A DNA stretch of 64,000 nucleotides, taken from contig OZ176060.1 of assembly GCA_964247055.1 (NCBI GenBank), positions 930,001 through 994,000 of the forward strand, read 5' to 3'. Every line of letters starts with the position of its first letter. The stretch's first letter is position 1. The translations under genes and the position numbers were made by a program. A model generated the notes under the pieces. The model saw only the letters and a list, made by a program, of their open reading frames with translations. It did not search any database and was not told where the DNA came from. The stretch is from Paragordius varius. Its lineage: Eukaryota > Animalia > Nematomorpha. Below, one piece after another: positions 51,801 to 64,000 of this stretch.

Positions 51801-52431
51801 TGATAAATCTTTTTTTGCCTCTAAAAGCTTATTAATAAGCGAGTATTTACTACATTACTCAAGTTTTTTTTTAAAAAAAGATAGTTTTTTAATCTAAAAT
51901 TATTATTTCTTGGCTTCCTTGCTCGAGTTAAAGCGAGAATCGAAAATTTCAAATGAAAAACTCGAAAAAAAATAAGTAAAAGGAAACATCTAATTAAAAT
52001 TTATAATAATAATATTAAAAATAATAATAATATTCTTTAAAATAACACACTTTTTTTTTATAAATCTCTTTTACTTAAAAGCTTCTCAATTGTAAAGCGA
52101 GTATATACTACATTACTCAAGTATTTTAAGAAAAAGAAAGAAATAAAGGAGTTTTTTTATCCTAAATATTTCTGTGGCTTCCTTGCTCGAGTTAAAGCGA
52201 GAAATAGTAATTTCAAGTAAAAAACTCGAAAAAAATAAGTAAAAGGAAACAATCAAATTAAAATTTATAATAATCTAATTGAAATTGTTAATAACACTTT
52301 TTTTTTGATAAATCTCTATAGATAGATATTTCAAAATGAAAACTTGAAAAAAAATAAGTAAAAGGAAACTATCTAGAAATTGAAATTGTTGATAAATATA
52401 ATTCTCTAAAACAACACACTTTTTTTAAAAT
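48853..52431 (+). repeat. Family A block 4
   Basis: About 12 cores (49018-52097). Hairpin tails at ~50816, 51480, 51918 and 52182. Confidence 0.93.
49544..50224 (+). mobile_element. Element B (681 bp)
   Basis: TA|CAGT at 49542-49547 and ACTG|TA at 50221-50226. 2 internal repeats. Confidence 0.78.
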
Positions 52432-52748
52432 TCTTTCCAACAGCGAGTATATATTTTTATAGCTTTTTTAAAAAACCACATGATTTTTGATATAAAACTA
52501 GAAAATTCATATGTTTGCAAAATGTTTTAAGAAAATCTTGATTATAATTGTTGGAATTTTCAAAAAGATATAAAATATAAAATATACCTTTAAAGTTTAG
52601 TTTAAGAAGCTTGTTTTGATTGATTTAATCGTTGAAAACTTTTTTTAAAAAACTAAAAATATTAAAATTAAAAAAATATACTTATAAACTTTTTATCAAT
52701 ATGATTTGCCTTTTTTCGCTTCTTTAAGAAAACACTAATGAAAGAAAA
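52432..52748 (+). repeat. Header D copy 2 (precedes E block 4)
   Basis: Collinear with 27880-28287. Begins TTCCAACAGCGAGTATATATTTT (A-core-like), then AAAAAACCACATG...TTTTTTCGCTTCTTTAAGAAAACACTAATGAAAGAAAAT. Confidence 0.85.
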
Positions 52749-52749
52749 T

Positions 52750-53668
52750 TAAAAACTCTAGAAAACTAAAATCATTTCTTGTTAAATTAATAAATTTTTC
52801 TTTTAAAAATGCTCATTTAAATCTTAGAAGAATTATTTAAAACAAAGAGGTTTTTAAAACCAAAATCAATTCTTATTTAATCATTTCTTGTTAAATAAAT
52901 AATTTTTTTTAAAAAATGCTCTTTTAAAAGCAAAACTTTTGATTTATTAATAAAAAGTTTTTTTAATTTATTGATGAAAATTATTAATTATTATCTAATA
53001 TAAAATCTTACAACTTTTAAAATAAATAATTTTTTTTTAAAAATATTCATTCCATCTTTGAGAAGAATTATTTATAAAACTCGAAAACTAAAATCATTTC
53101 TTGTTAAATGAATATTTTTTTAAAAAAATCCAAAAATAATCTTTATAATAGTTAATAAAAAAATTTTTTTGATTGATGAAAATTACCAAATAATGATATT
53201 TTACAAAATTTTAAAAATAAATTCCATCTTTAAGAAGAATTATTTATAAAACTCGAAAATAAAAAGGTTTTTTTTGAATGGAAAATTACCAAATAATAGT
53301 TAATATGAAACCTTATAATTTTTAAAAATTTTTAAAATAATTCCATTTTTAAATTTAAGAAGAATTATTCATAAAACTCGAAAATAAAAATTATTTCTTG
53401 TTAAATTAATGTTAAATAAATAAATTATTCAAAAAATGCAATTAATAAAAAGGTTATTTTGATGAAAATTACCAAATAATATGAAATTTCATAAACTTTC
53501 AAAAATATTCATTCCATCTTTTAATAAATTTAAAAAGAATTATCTAAAACAAAGAAATACTCTAGAAACTAAAATCATTTCTTGTTAAATTAATGAATTT
53601 TTTAAAATAAATAAATTTCTTTTAAAAATGCTCTTTTAAAAGCAAAACGTTTCGATTGATTGGGAAAA
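52750..53668 (+). repeat. Family E block 4
   Basis: E modules. Ends at GATTGATTGGGAAAA, fused directly to an A core (CGAGTATATACTAC). Confidence 0.9.
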
Positions 53669-55950
53669 CGAGTATATACTACATTACTCAAGTATTTAAA
53701 AGCAAGGTTTTTTATTAAGATATTTTAAATCTAAAATATTCTTGTGAATTCCCTTTAAAATTTAAATTATAAACTCGAAAAAATTAAGTAATAGGAAACA
53801 ATATAGAAATTGAAATTGATAATAAATATAATATTATTCTTAAAATAAAGACTTTTTCTAAATAAATCTCTTTTACTTAAAAGCTTATCAATATTACAGC
53901 GAGTATATACTACATTACTCAACTATTTTAAGACAAAAATTCAAAAAAAAATAAGTAAACTCGAAAATAATAAGTAAAAGGAAATAATCTAATTGAAATT
54001 GATAATTAAAATTATTCTTTAAATAAAGTTTTTTTTTATAAATTTTCTTTTACTTAAAAGCTTCTTAATATTACAGCGAGTATATACTACATTACTCAAG
54101 TATTTTAAAAGCAAGGTTTTTATTCTAAAATATTTCTTAGGCTTCTTGTTTGAGTTAGAGCGAGTATATTAAAATTATAAAACTCGAATAAAAAAAGTAG
54201 AAATTAAAATTTATAAAAGTAATTTTATTCTCTAAAATAAACACTTTTTTCTTGATAAATCTCTTTTACTTAATAGCTTCATAATATTAAAGCGAGTATA
54301 TACTACATTACTCAAGTATTTTAAGAGAAAAACAAAGAGGTTTTTAATCTAAAATATTCCTGTGGCTTTCTTGCTCGAGTTAAAGCGAGAAATAGTAATT
54401 TCAAGTATAAACTCGAAAAAAAATAAGTAAAAGGAAACAATCTAATTAAAATTAACTAATATTATTTCTAAAACAAAACTATTTTTTTCTTACTAAATCT
54501 CTTTTACTTAAAAGCCTCTTAATATTACATCGAGTATATTACTTAATTACTCAAGTATTTTAAGACAAAGACTTTTATTCTAATAGAAATTTCAAATAAA
54601 AACTTGAAAAAAATAGTAAAAGGAAACAATCTAGAATTCGAAATTCATAATAATAATATTTGTTCTCTGAAAAAAAACACTTTTTTCTTAATAAATCTCT
54701 TTTACTTAAAAGCTTCTCAATTTTAAAGCGAGTATTTACTTAATTTTTAAGTATTTTAAGAGCAAGGTTTTTTATTCTAATAGAATTTCAAATAAATAAC
54801 TCGAAAATAAAAAAAAGAAGTAAAAGGAAAGAATCTAATTAAAATTGATAATAAATATAATAATAATATTAATGTCTGAAATATACATTTTTTTTAATAA
54901 ATCTCTGTAGATAGAAATTCCAAATATAAATTTTAAAATATAAACTCGAAAATATAAAAACAAGCAAAATAAAAAAAATCTAGAAATTAAAATTTATAAT
55001 AAAAATAATATTATTATTCTCTAAAATAAAGACTTTTTTCTTGATAAATTCTCTTTTACTTAAAAGCTTATCAATATTAAAGCGAGTATATACTTAATTA
55101 CTCAAGTATTTCAAAAGCAAGGTTTTTTATCAATTCTGAAATAAATTTTAATAAACCTCGAAAAAATTAAGTAAAAGGAAACAATTTAATTAAAATTGAT
55201 ATAAATATTATTGTTTAAAATAATCACATTTTTCTTTATAAATCTCTTTTACTTAAAAGCTTCTTAATATACAGCGAGTATATACTTAATTACTCAAATA
55301 TTTTAAGTAAAAACTCGAAAATAATAAGTAAAAGGAAATAATCTAGAAATTAAAATTGTTAATAATAATAATAATATTCTCTAAAATAAAATACTTTTTT
55401 TCTTTATAAATTTTTTTTACTTAAAAGCTTCTTAATATTACAGCGAGTATATACTACATTACTCAAGTATTTTAAAAGCAAAGTTTTTTAATCTCAAATA
55501 TTCTTGTGGTTTTTCTTTAAAATTCCAAATGGAAAACTTAGTAAAAAAAGAAGTAAAAGGAAACAATCTAGAAATTAAAATTGATAATAATAATATTATT
55601 ATCTAAAACAACACACTTTTTTTTCTTAATAAATCTCTTTAGATAGAAATTTCAAATGAAAACTCGAAAAAAAAATAAGTAAACGAAAACAATTTAGAAA
55701 ATAATAATATTATTCTCTAAAACAAAACACTTTTTTTCTTGATAAATCTTTCTCTTTAAAAGCTTCTTAATATTACAGCGAGTATATACTTAATTACTTA
55801 AGTATTTTAAAAACAAGGTTTTTTAAATATCAATTATTTCTGTGGTTTCCTTGCTCGAGTTAGAACAAGAAATAAAAATTTCAAGTAAAAACTCGAAAAA
55901 AATAAGTAAAATGAAACAATATAGAAATCGAAATTGTTGATAATTCTATA

Positions 55951-56643
55951 CAGTAAAAATTTAAATTCTACGGATAAAACGTAAAAATATTAAAATATTT
56001 TTATCTAAAAGACAACCATACTTTTAAAATTTATATTTTTATATATATATACCATTTACAGTTCAAATTCACCCTTAAACAATTCAAATTCACCCTCAAA
56101 AAGAAATTATGTTGTTTTAGAAACAAATATAACTTATTAATTATATGAAATATATCTGTATGGCATAGTTTATTATTTTTTCAGTATTATTTTAATTTAA
56201 AACAAAATTTTTATTTATAAATATATATTAAAATATAGGTAATTTTTTATCTTTTGAAAAAACATATATTTTATTTGAGGGTGAATTTGAATTGTTTAAG
56301 GGTAAATTTGAATTGTAAGGTATATAAAATTTTTATTTAATACAAAATTTTTATTTTCTAAAATATATTAAAATATAGGTAATTTTTTATCTTTTGAAAA
56401 AACATATATTTTATTTGAGGGTGAATTTGAATTGTTTAAGGGTGAATTTGAATTGTAATGGTATATAAATCATTGTTTTGAAAACTATAAAATATTATAT
56501 AAAATTTTTTCTATAAATCAATCAAATATGATTTTTACCTTTGTAATTAAATGTTTTTTATAAAAGAAATAAAAAAAGTATGGTTGTCTTTTGAAAAAAA
56601 TAAATTTTTACATTTTGTCCGTATAAATTCACAGTTTTTAGTG
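55951..56643 (+). mobile_element. Element B (693 bp)
   Basis: TA|CAGT at 55949. Right end variant TTTTTAGTG|TA. 2 internal repeats. Confidence 0.74.
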
Positions 56644-57160
56644 TATTTGTTTTTAATACTAAACACTTTTTTCTTGATAAATCTCTATAGATAGAAATTT
56701 TAAATTATAAAACTCAAAAAAAAAGTAAAAGGAAATAATCTAGAAATTGAAATTGATAATAAATATAATATTATTCTTTAAATAAAAAATTATTTTTAAT
56801 AAATTTCTTTTACTTAAAAGCTTCTTAATATTAAAGCGAGTATATACTACATTACTCAAGTATTTAAAAACAAAGACTTTTATTCTAAAAGAAATTCAAA
56901 AAAAAACTCGAAAAAAATAAGTAAAAGTAAACAATTTAATTAAAATTGATAAATAATATAAATATTCTCTAAAACAAAACACTTTTTTTGATAAATCTCT
57001 TTTACTTAAAAGCTTTATAATATTACAGCTAGTATATACTAAATTACTCAAGTATTTTTTGAAACAAGGACTTTTATTCTAATAGAATTTCAAATAAAAC
57101 TCGAAAAAAATAAGTAAAAGGAAACAATCTACAAAATTGAAAATTGTTGATAATACTATA

Positions 57161-58115
57161 CAGTAAAAATTTAAATTCTACGAAAAAAACGTAAAAATAT
57201 AAAAACAAATATTTTATCCAAAATACAACAATACTTTTAAAATTTTTATATATTTATATATATATACCATTTACAGTTCAAATTCACCCTTGAACAATTC
57301 AAATTCACCCTTGAACAATTAAAATTTACTCTAAAAAGAAATTATGTGTTTTAGAAACAAATATAACTTATTAATTTTATATAAAAATATATCTGTATGG
57401 CATAGTTTTTAATTTTTATTTAATACAAAATTTTTATTTTTAAAAATACATTAAAATATAGGTAATTTTTTATCTTTTGAAAAAACATATATTTTATTTG
57501 AGGGTGAATTTGAATTGTTTAAGGGTGAATTTGAATTGTAATGGTATATAAATCAAGTATATAGAAATTTTTATTTTTTCAAAATATATTAAAATATAGG
57601 TAATTTTTTATCTTAAAAAACATATATTTTATTTGAGGATAAATTTGAATTGTTTAAGGGTAAATTTGAATTGTAATATAAAAAATTTTATTTTAAATTT
57701 TTATTTTAAAAAATTATATATTAAAATATAGGTAATTTTTTATATTTTGAAAAAACATATATTTTATTTGAGGGTGAATTTGAATTGTTTAAGGGTGAAT
57801 TTGAATTGTAATATAAAAAATTTTATTTTAAATTTTTATTTTAAAAAATTATATATTAAAATATAGGTAATTTTTTATATTTTGAAAAAACATATATTTT
57901 ATTTGAGGGTGAATTTGAATTGTTTAAGGGTGAATTTGAATTGTAATGGTATATAAATCAAGTATATATAGAAATTTTTTTATTGGTAAATCAATCAAAT
58001 ATGATTTTTTACGTTTTAATAAAATGTATTTTATAAAAGAAATTAAAAAAGTATGGTTGTCTTCTAAAAAAAATTTTATAAAAATTTTGTCCGTATAAAT
58101 TCACAGTTTTCACTG
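57161..58115 (+). mobile_element. Element B (955 bp)
   Basis: TA|CAGT at 57159 and ACTG|TA at 58112-58117. 4 internal repeats, two of them near-identical (134-bp period, ~57672 and ~57806). Confidence 0.78.
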
Positions 58116-58791
58116 TATTGATTCTAAAACAAAACACTCTTTTTGATAATAAATCTCTATAGATAGAAATTTTAAATAAAAACTTAAAAATAAGTAAAAG
58201 GAAATAATCTAGAAATAGAAATTAAAATATATAAAAATAATATTATTCTTTAAATAAAGTTTTTTTTTTATAAATTTTCTTTTACTTAAAAGCTTAACAA
58301 TATTTAAGCGAGTATAAACTTAATTACTCAAATATTTTAAGAGAAAAATTCGAAAAAAAAAAGAAATAATCTAGAAAATAAAATTGTTAATTATAATAAT
58401 AATAATAATATTCTTTAAAATCTATGTTTCAGTGAGTATGTTAATAAATCAAGTATTTTAAAAAAGGTTTTATTCTAAAATATTCCTGTGGGTTTCCTTT
58501 GAAATTAAAATTTCAAGTAAATACATGAAAAAATAAGTAAAAGGAAATAATTTAGAAAATAAAATTTATAATAATCTAATTGAAATTGTTAATAAACACT
58601 TTTTTCTTAATAAATCTCTTTTACTTAAAAGGTTCTTTATATTACAGCGAGTATATACTTAATTACTCAAGTATTTTAAAAGCAAAGTTTTTTAAATTTC
58701 AATTACGAGTAAGACAAGAAATAAAAATTTCAAGTAAAAACTCGAAAAAAATAAGTAAAAGGAAACAATCTAGAAATCAAAATCGATTTTA

Positions 58792-59982
58792 CAGTAAAAA
58801 TTTAAATTCTACGAAAAAAACTTAAGAATTAAAGACAAATATATAATCTAAAAGACAACCATACTTTTAAAATTTATATTTTTATATATATATACCATTT
58901 ACAGTTCAAATTCCCCTTGAATAATTCAAATTCACCCTAAAAAGAAATTAAAATTTACCCTAAAAAGAAATTATGTTGTTTTAGAAACAAATATAACTTA
59001 TTAATTATATGAAATATATCTTTATGGCATAGTTTATTATTTTTCAGTTACATTTTTATTTAAAACAAAATTTTTATTTTTTAAAATATATTAAAATATA
59101 GGTAATTTTTTATCTTTTGAAAAAACATATATTTTATTTGAGGGTGAATTTGAATTGTTCAAGGGTGAATTTGAATTCTAATGGTATATAAAAAAATTTC
59201 AGTTACATTTTTATTTATAAAAATATATTTAAATATAGTATTTATCTTAAAAAACATATAATTTATTTTAGGATGAATTTGAATTTAAGGGTGAATTTGA
59301 ATTCTAATGGTATATAAAATTTTTTAGTTACATTTTTATTTATTATATTAAAATATAGGTAATTTTTTAAATTTTGAAAAAACATATATTTTATTTGAGG
59401 GTGAATTTGAATTCTAATGGTATATTAAAAATTTTCAGTTACAGTTTTATTTATAAAAATATATTAAAATATAGGTAATTTTTTATCTTTTGAAAAAACA
59501 TATATTTTATTTTTGAGGGTAAATTTGAATTGTTTAAGGGTGAATTTGAATTGAAATGGTATATAAAAAATTTCCAGTTACATTTTTATTTATAAAATAT
59601 ATTAAAATATAGGTAATTTTTTTATCTTAAAAATTATATATTTGAGGGTAAATTTGAATTGTTTAAGGGTGAATTTGAATTGTAATGGTATATAAATCAA
59701 GTATATAGAAATTTTTATTTATAAAAATATATTAAAATATAGGTAATTTTTTATCTTTTGAAAAACATATATTTTATTTAAGGGTAAATTTGAATTGTTC
59801 AAGGGTAAATTTGAATTGTAATAGTATATAAATCAAGTATTATATAGAATTTTTATTGTTAACTCAATTAAATAAGTATTTTATATTGTAATTAAATGTT
59901 TTTAAGGAAAAATAAAAAGTATGATTGTTTTTTGAAAAAAAAATAAATTTTTACGTTTTGTCCGTATAAATTCTTTTCACTG
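58792..59982 (+). mobile_element. Element B (1191 bp)
   Basis: TA|CAGT at 58790. Right end TTTTCACTG followed by TT (right TA lost; ACAG missing from the subterminal arm). About 6 internal repeats. Confidence 0.72.
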
Positions 59983-60455
59983 TTTAATTCTAAAACAAAA
60001 CACTTTTTTTTTCTTGATAAATCTCTATAGATAGAAATTTCAAATCATAAACTCGAATAAAAAAGTAAAATTAAATAATCTAGAAATTAAAATTGATAAT
60101 AATATAAATATTATTCTCTAAAACAAAACACTTTTTTTCTTAATAAATCTCTTTTACTTAAAAGCTTTTGAATATTACAGCGAGTATATACTACATTACT
60201 CAAGTATTTTAAGACAAAAACTCGAAAAAAATAAATAAAAGGAAACAATCTAGAAATTGAAATTGTTAATAAAAATAATATTATTATTCACTAAAATAAG
60301 GACTGTTTTCTTGATAAATCGCTTTAACTTAAAAGCATCTTAATATTAAGCGAGTATATACTACATTACTCAAGTATTTTAAAAGGAAGGACTTTTATTC
60401 TAATAGAATTTCAAATTATAAAACTCGAAAATAAAAAAAGTAAAAAGGAAATAAT

Positions 60456-63400
60456 CTAGTGTTAAATTCTTGTTAAATCAATAAATTTTTTTAAAAAAAT
60501 CCAAAAATAATCTTTATAATAGTTAATAAAAGGTTTTTTTTATTTAAAAAATTTTTTTTGACTGGAAAAATTACCAAATAATACATATTTTACAAAATTT
60601 CAAAATATTCCATCTTAAACCTGAAGAATTATTTATAAAATGTAATGATTAATAAAAAGGTTTTTTATATTGACTGGAAAATTACCAAATAATATTTATG
60701 AATCTCATAATTTTCAAAAATAAATTCCATCTTTTAAATCTAAGAGTAATCTATAATAAAAACTCTAGAAAATTAAAATTATTTTTTGATTGATGAAAAT
60801 TTCTAAATAATAGCTAATATGAAATTTCATAAAGTTTCAAAAATATTCATTCCATCTTTTATAAATAAAAGAAGAATTATTTAAAACAAAGAAATCTCGA
60901 AATAAAATCATTTCTTGTTTAATAAATTTTCAAAAATAAATAAATTTCTTTAAAAAATCCAAAAATAATCTTTATATTAGTTAATAAAAACTCTAGAAAT
61001 TTGAATCATTTCTTGTTAAATAAATTAATTTTTCTTTTAAAATTCTCTTTTAAATGCAAAATGTTTGATTAATAAAAAAGTTTTTAAATGGAAAATTACC
61101 AAATAATAGCTAATATGAAATTTCACAAATTTTCAAAAATATTTATTCCATCTTATAAATTTAAAAGAAGAATTATCTAAAATAAGGAAATATCGAAAAT
61201 TGAAATCAATTCTTGTTGAATAAATTTTTTTAAAAATGCAAAAATTATAAATTAAAGGTTTTTTTTGACTGTAATATTACCAAATAATAGATATTTTACA
61301 AAATTTCAAAAATAAATTCCATCTTTAAGAAGAATTATTTATAAAACTCAAAAATAAAAAAGTTTTGAATGGAAAATTACCAAATAATAGTTAATATGAG
61401 ATTTCATAAATTTCAAAAATATTTATTCCATCTTTTGAATCTAAAAGAATTATTTATAAAACTCGAAAATTAAAATCATTTTTTGTTAAATGAATAATTT
61501 CTTGTTAAATTAATAATTTTTTTAAAAAAAATATAAAAAGTTTGATTTATTAATAAAAAGTTTTTTTAGATTGATGAAAATTACCAAATAATAGCTAATA
61601 TGAAATCTAACATTTTAAAAATAAAAAATTTAAGAAGAATTATCTAAAACAAAGAGAAATCTAAAATATATTCTTGTTTAAAAAAAAATTTCTTTTATGC
61701 TCTTTTAAATTTAAAAAAAAATTATCTAAAACTCAAAAATAAAAGGTTTTTTTGATTGGAAAATTACTAAATAATAGTTAATAATAATCTCATAAATTTC
61801 AAAAAATAAATTCCATCTTTAAGAAGAATTATCTATAAAACTAAAAAGTCTCGAAAACTAAAATCATTTCTTGTTAAATGAATAAATATATTTAAAAAAA
61901 ATCCAAAAATAATCTTTATAATAGTTAATAAAAGGTTTTTTTGATTGAAGAAAATTACCAAATAATAGATATTTTACAAAATTTCATAATTTTCAAAATA
62001 AATTCCATCTTTAAGAAGAATTATCTAAAACAAAAAGATTTTCAAAAATTAAAATCATTTCTTATTGAAAAAATATTTTTTTTAAAAAATCCAATATTTT
62101 TTTTATAACAGTTAATAAAAGGATTTTTTTAACTGGAAAATTACCAAATAATAGATATTTTATAAACTTTTAAAAATGAATTCCATTTTATAAATCTTAG
62201 AAGAATTATTTATAAAACTCGAAAATAAAAACCATTTCTTGTTAAATTAATGATTTTTTATAATAAATTCCATCTTTTAAATTAAAGAAGAATTATCTAA
62301 AATAAAATTCGAAAATAAAAAGGTTTTTTTGATTTATGAAAATTACCAGATATTAGCTGATATACTCATAACTTTTAATAATAAATCCATCTTTAAGAAG
62401 AATTATTTATAAAACTCGAAAATAAAAAGGTTTTTTTACTGGAAAATTACCAAATAATAGATATTTTACAAAATTTCAAAAATAAATTCCATCTTTAAGA
62501 AGAAATATTTATAAAACTCGAAAATAAAAAAATTTTTTAAATGCTCTCTTAAGTGGAAAATGACCAAATAATAGCTAATATGAAATTTCATATTCAAAAA
62601 AATTATTCCATTTTTTAAATTTAAAAGAAGAATTATTTATAAAACTTAAAAATAAAAAATTTTTTTTTACTGGAAAATTACTAAATAATAGCTAATATGA
62701 AATTTATTAAATTTTCTAAAAATAAAAATATTTATTCCATATTTTAAATTTAAAAGAAGAATTATTTAAAATAAAGAAATATTCTAGAAAATTAAATCAA
62801 TTCTTGTTAAATTAATAAATTTTTTTTTTAAAAAATTATTTTTTGTTAAATGAAATAATTTTTTTTAAAAATAAATTTCTTTAAAAAAAATCAAAAATAG
62901 ATAATCTTAAATTTTATAAACTTTCAAAAATATTTATTCCATCTTTAAGAAGAATTATTTATAAAACTCAAAAATAAAAAGTTTTTTTGATTGGAAAATT
63001 ACTAAATAATAGATATTTTACAAAATTTCAAAAATAAATTCCATCTTTAAGAAAAATTATTTATAAAACTCGAAAATAAAAAATTTTTTTTGATTGATGA
63101 AAATTATCAAATAATAGATATTTTACAAAATTCAAAAATAAATTCCATCTTTAAGAAGAATTATTTATAAAACTCGAAAATAAAAATGTTTTTTGTGACT
63201 AGAAAATTACCAAAAAGTAACTAATTTGAAATCTTAAAAATTTTCAAAAATATTTATTCCATCTTTTAAATCTAAGAAGAATTGTCTAAAACAATAAACT
63301 CTAGAAAACTAAATCATTTCTTGTTGAAAAAATAAATTTTTCTTTTAAAAATGCTTTTTTCAAAAATGTAATGATTAATAAAAAGTTTTTTTGATTGATG

Positions 63401-64000
63401 AAAATTACCAAATAATAGATATTTTAAGAAATTTCAAAAATATTTAAAAATTTAGAAGTAGCTATAATAAATATCTAGAAAATTATTTCATTTCTTGTTA
63501 AATTAATAATTTATATAAAAAAATTCATAAATAATCTTTATAAAACTCGAAAATATAAAAGTTTTTTTACTGGAAAATTACTAAATAATAGCTAATATGA
63601 AATTCCATAATTTTTAAAAATAATTATTCCATCTTTTAAATCTCAAAAGAAGAATTATCTAAAACAAACTCGAAAACTAAAAAAGTTTTTTAAACTAGAA
63701 AATTACCAAAAAATTTCTTTTAAAATAATTCAAAAACGAAATAGTCTCGAAAATTAAAATCAATTTGTTGAATTAATAAATTTTTCATTTAAAAATATTC
63801 CTTTTAAATCCAAAAAGAAGAATTATCTAAAACAAAGAGGTCTCGAAAACTAAAATCATTTCTTGTTAAATGAATAAATTTTTCTTAAAAAAATCCAAAA
63901 ATAATCCATATAATAGTTAATAAAAGGTTTTTTTTATTAATAAAAAAACTTTTTTTGACTGGCAAATTACCAAATAATAGATATTTTACAAAATTTCAAA
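60456..64000 (+). repeat. Family E block 5 (runs off the right edge)
   Basis: E modules to the end of the window. Confidence 0.93.

Larger units (their letters stand above)
53669..60455 (+). repeat. Family A block 5 (three B elements)
   Basis: About 17 cores (53669-60350). Confidence 0.93.

Noticed and set aside
836-58825. All ten ORFs in the supplied track (62-86 aa)
   Set aside because: They lie inside A, B or E repeats, are dominated by K/F/I/L/N from AT-rich codons, and repeat the same pseudo-peptides (e.g. MLLKYLSNVVYTR from the reverse A core; KFHISYYLVI from reverse E). There are no recognisable domains, and homologous units are interrupted by stops and frameshifts.
1-64000. Bacterial promoters/terminators and a taxonomic assignment
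   Set aside because: -10-like words and T-tailed hairpins are expected by chance at this AT content and there are no genes to serve. Several very AT-rich eukaryote lineages would fit, and the sequence alone does not discriminate among them.

Overview
Extremely AT-rich (GC by eye roughly 15-20%, not computed), apparently gene-free 64 kb of almost entirely repetitive DNA, most consistent with eukaryotic heterochromatin or satellite DNA. The organism cannot be identified from the sequence. No credible CDS, tRNA, rRNA or CRISPR array was found, and all 10 ORFs are chance reading frames through repeats. Repeat names below are mine. Family A is a modular ~105-260 bp tandem repeat with a conserved palindromic core (AAGCTT..AATATTA[C/A]AGCGAGTATATACTACATTACTCAAGTA, ~75-80 cores by hand count) and an optional hairpin whose stem shows compensatory pairs. 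Element B is a 0.54-1.38 kb non-coding foldback element with TA|CAGT...ACTG|TA ends (Tc1/mariner-like), nested inverted repeats and an expandable internal ~125 bp array. It has 9 complete copies at the same position of an A unit, 3 half copies, and 1 inverted, diverged inner-part-only copy. Satellite C is a 13.4 kb array of a 52-bp monomer with local higher-order repeats. Family E is a modular ~95-200 bp repeat, twice preceded by the same ~0.3-0.4 kb header D. An island at 34.3-39.3 kb carries smaller repeat families and three GGGTA-ATTTTA-TACCC hairpins about 1 kb apart. Block order is A/B - linker - C - D - E - A/B - island - E - B/A - E - A/B - D - E - A/B - E, with all A and E blocks in one orientation. 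A and E share homologous modules, and C looks derived from a sub-segment of E. Internal block boundaries are approximate (+/- ~30 bp).
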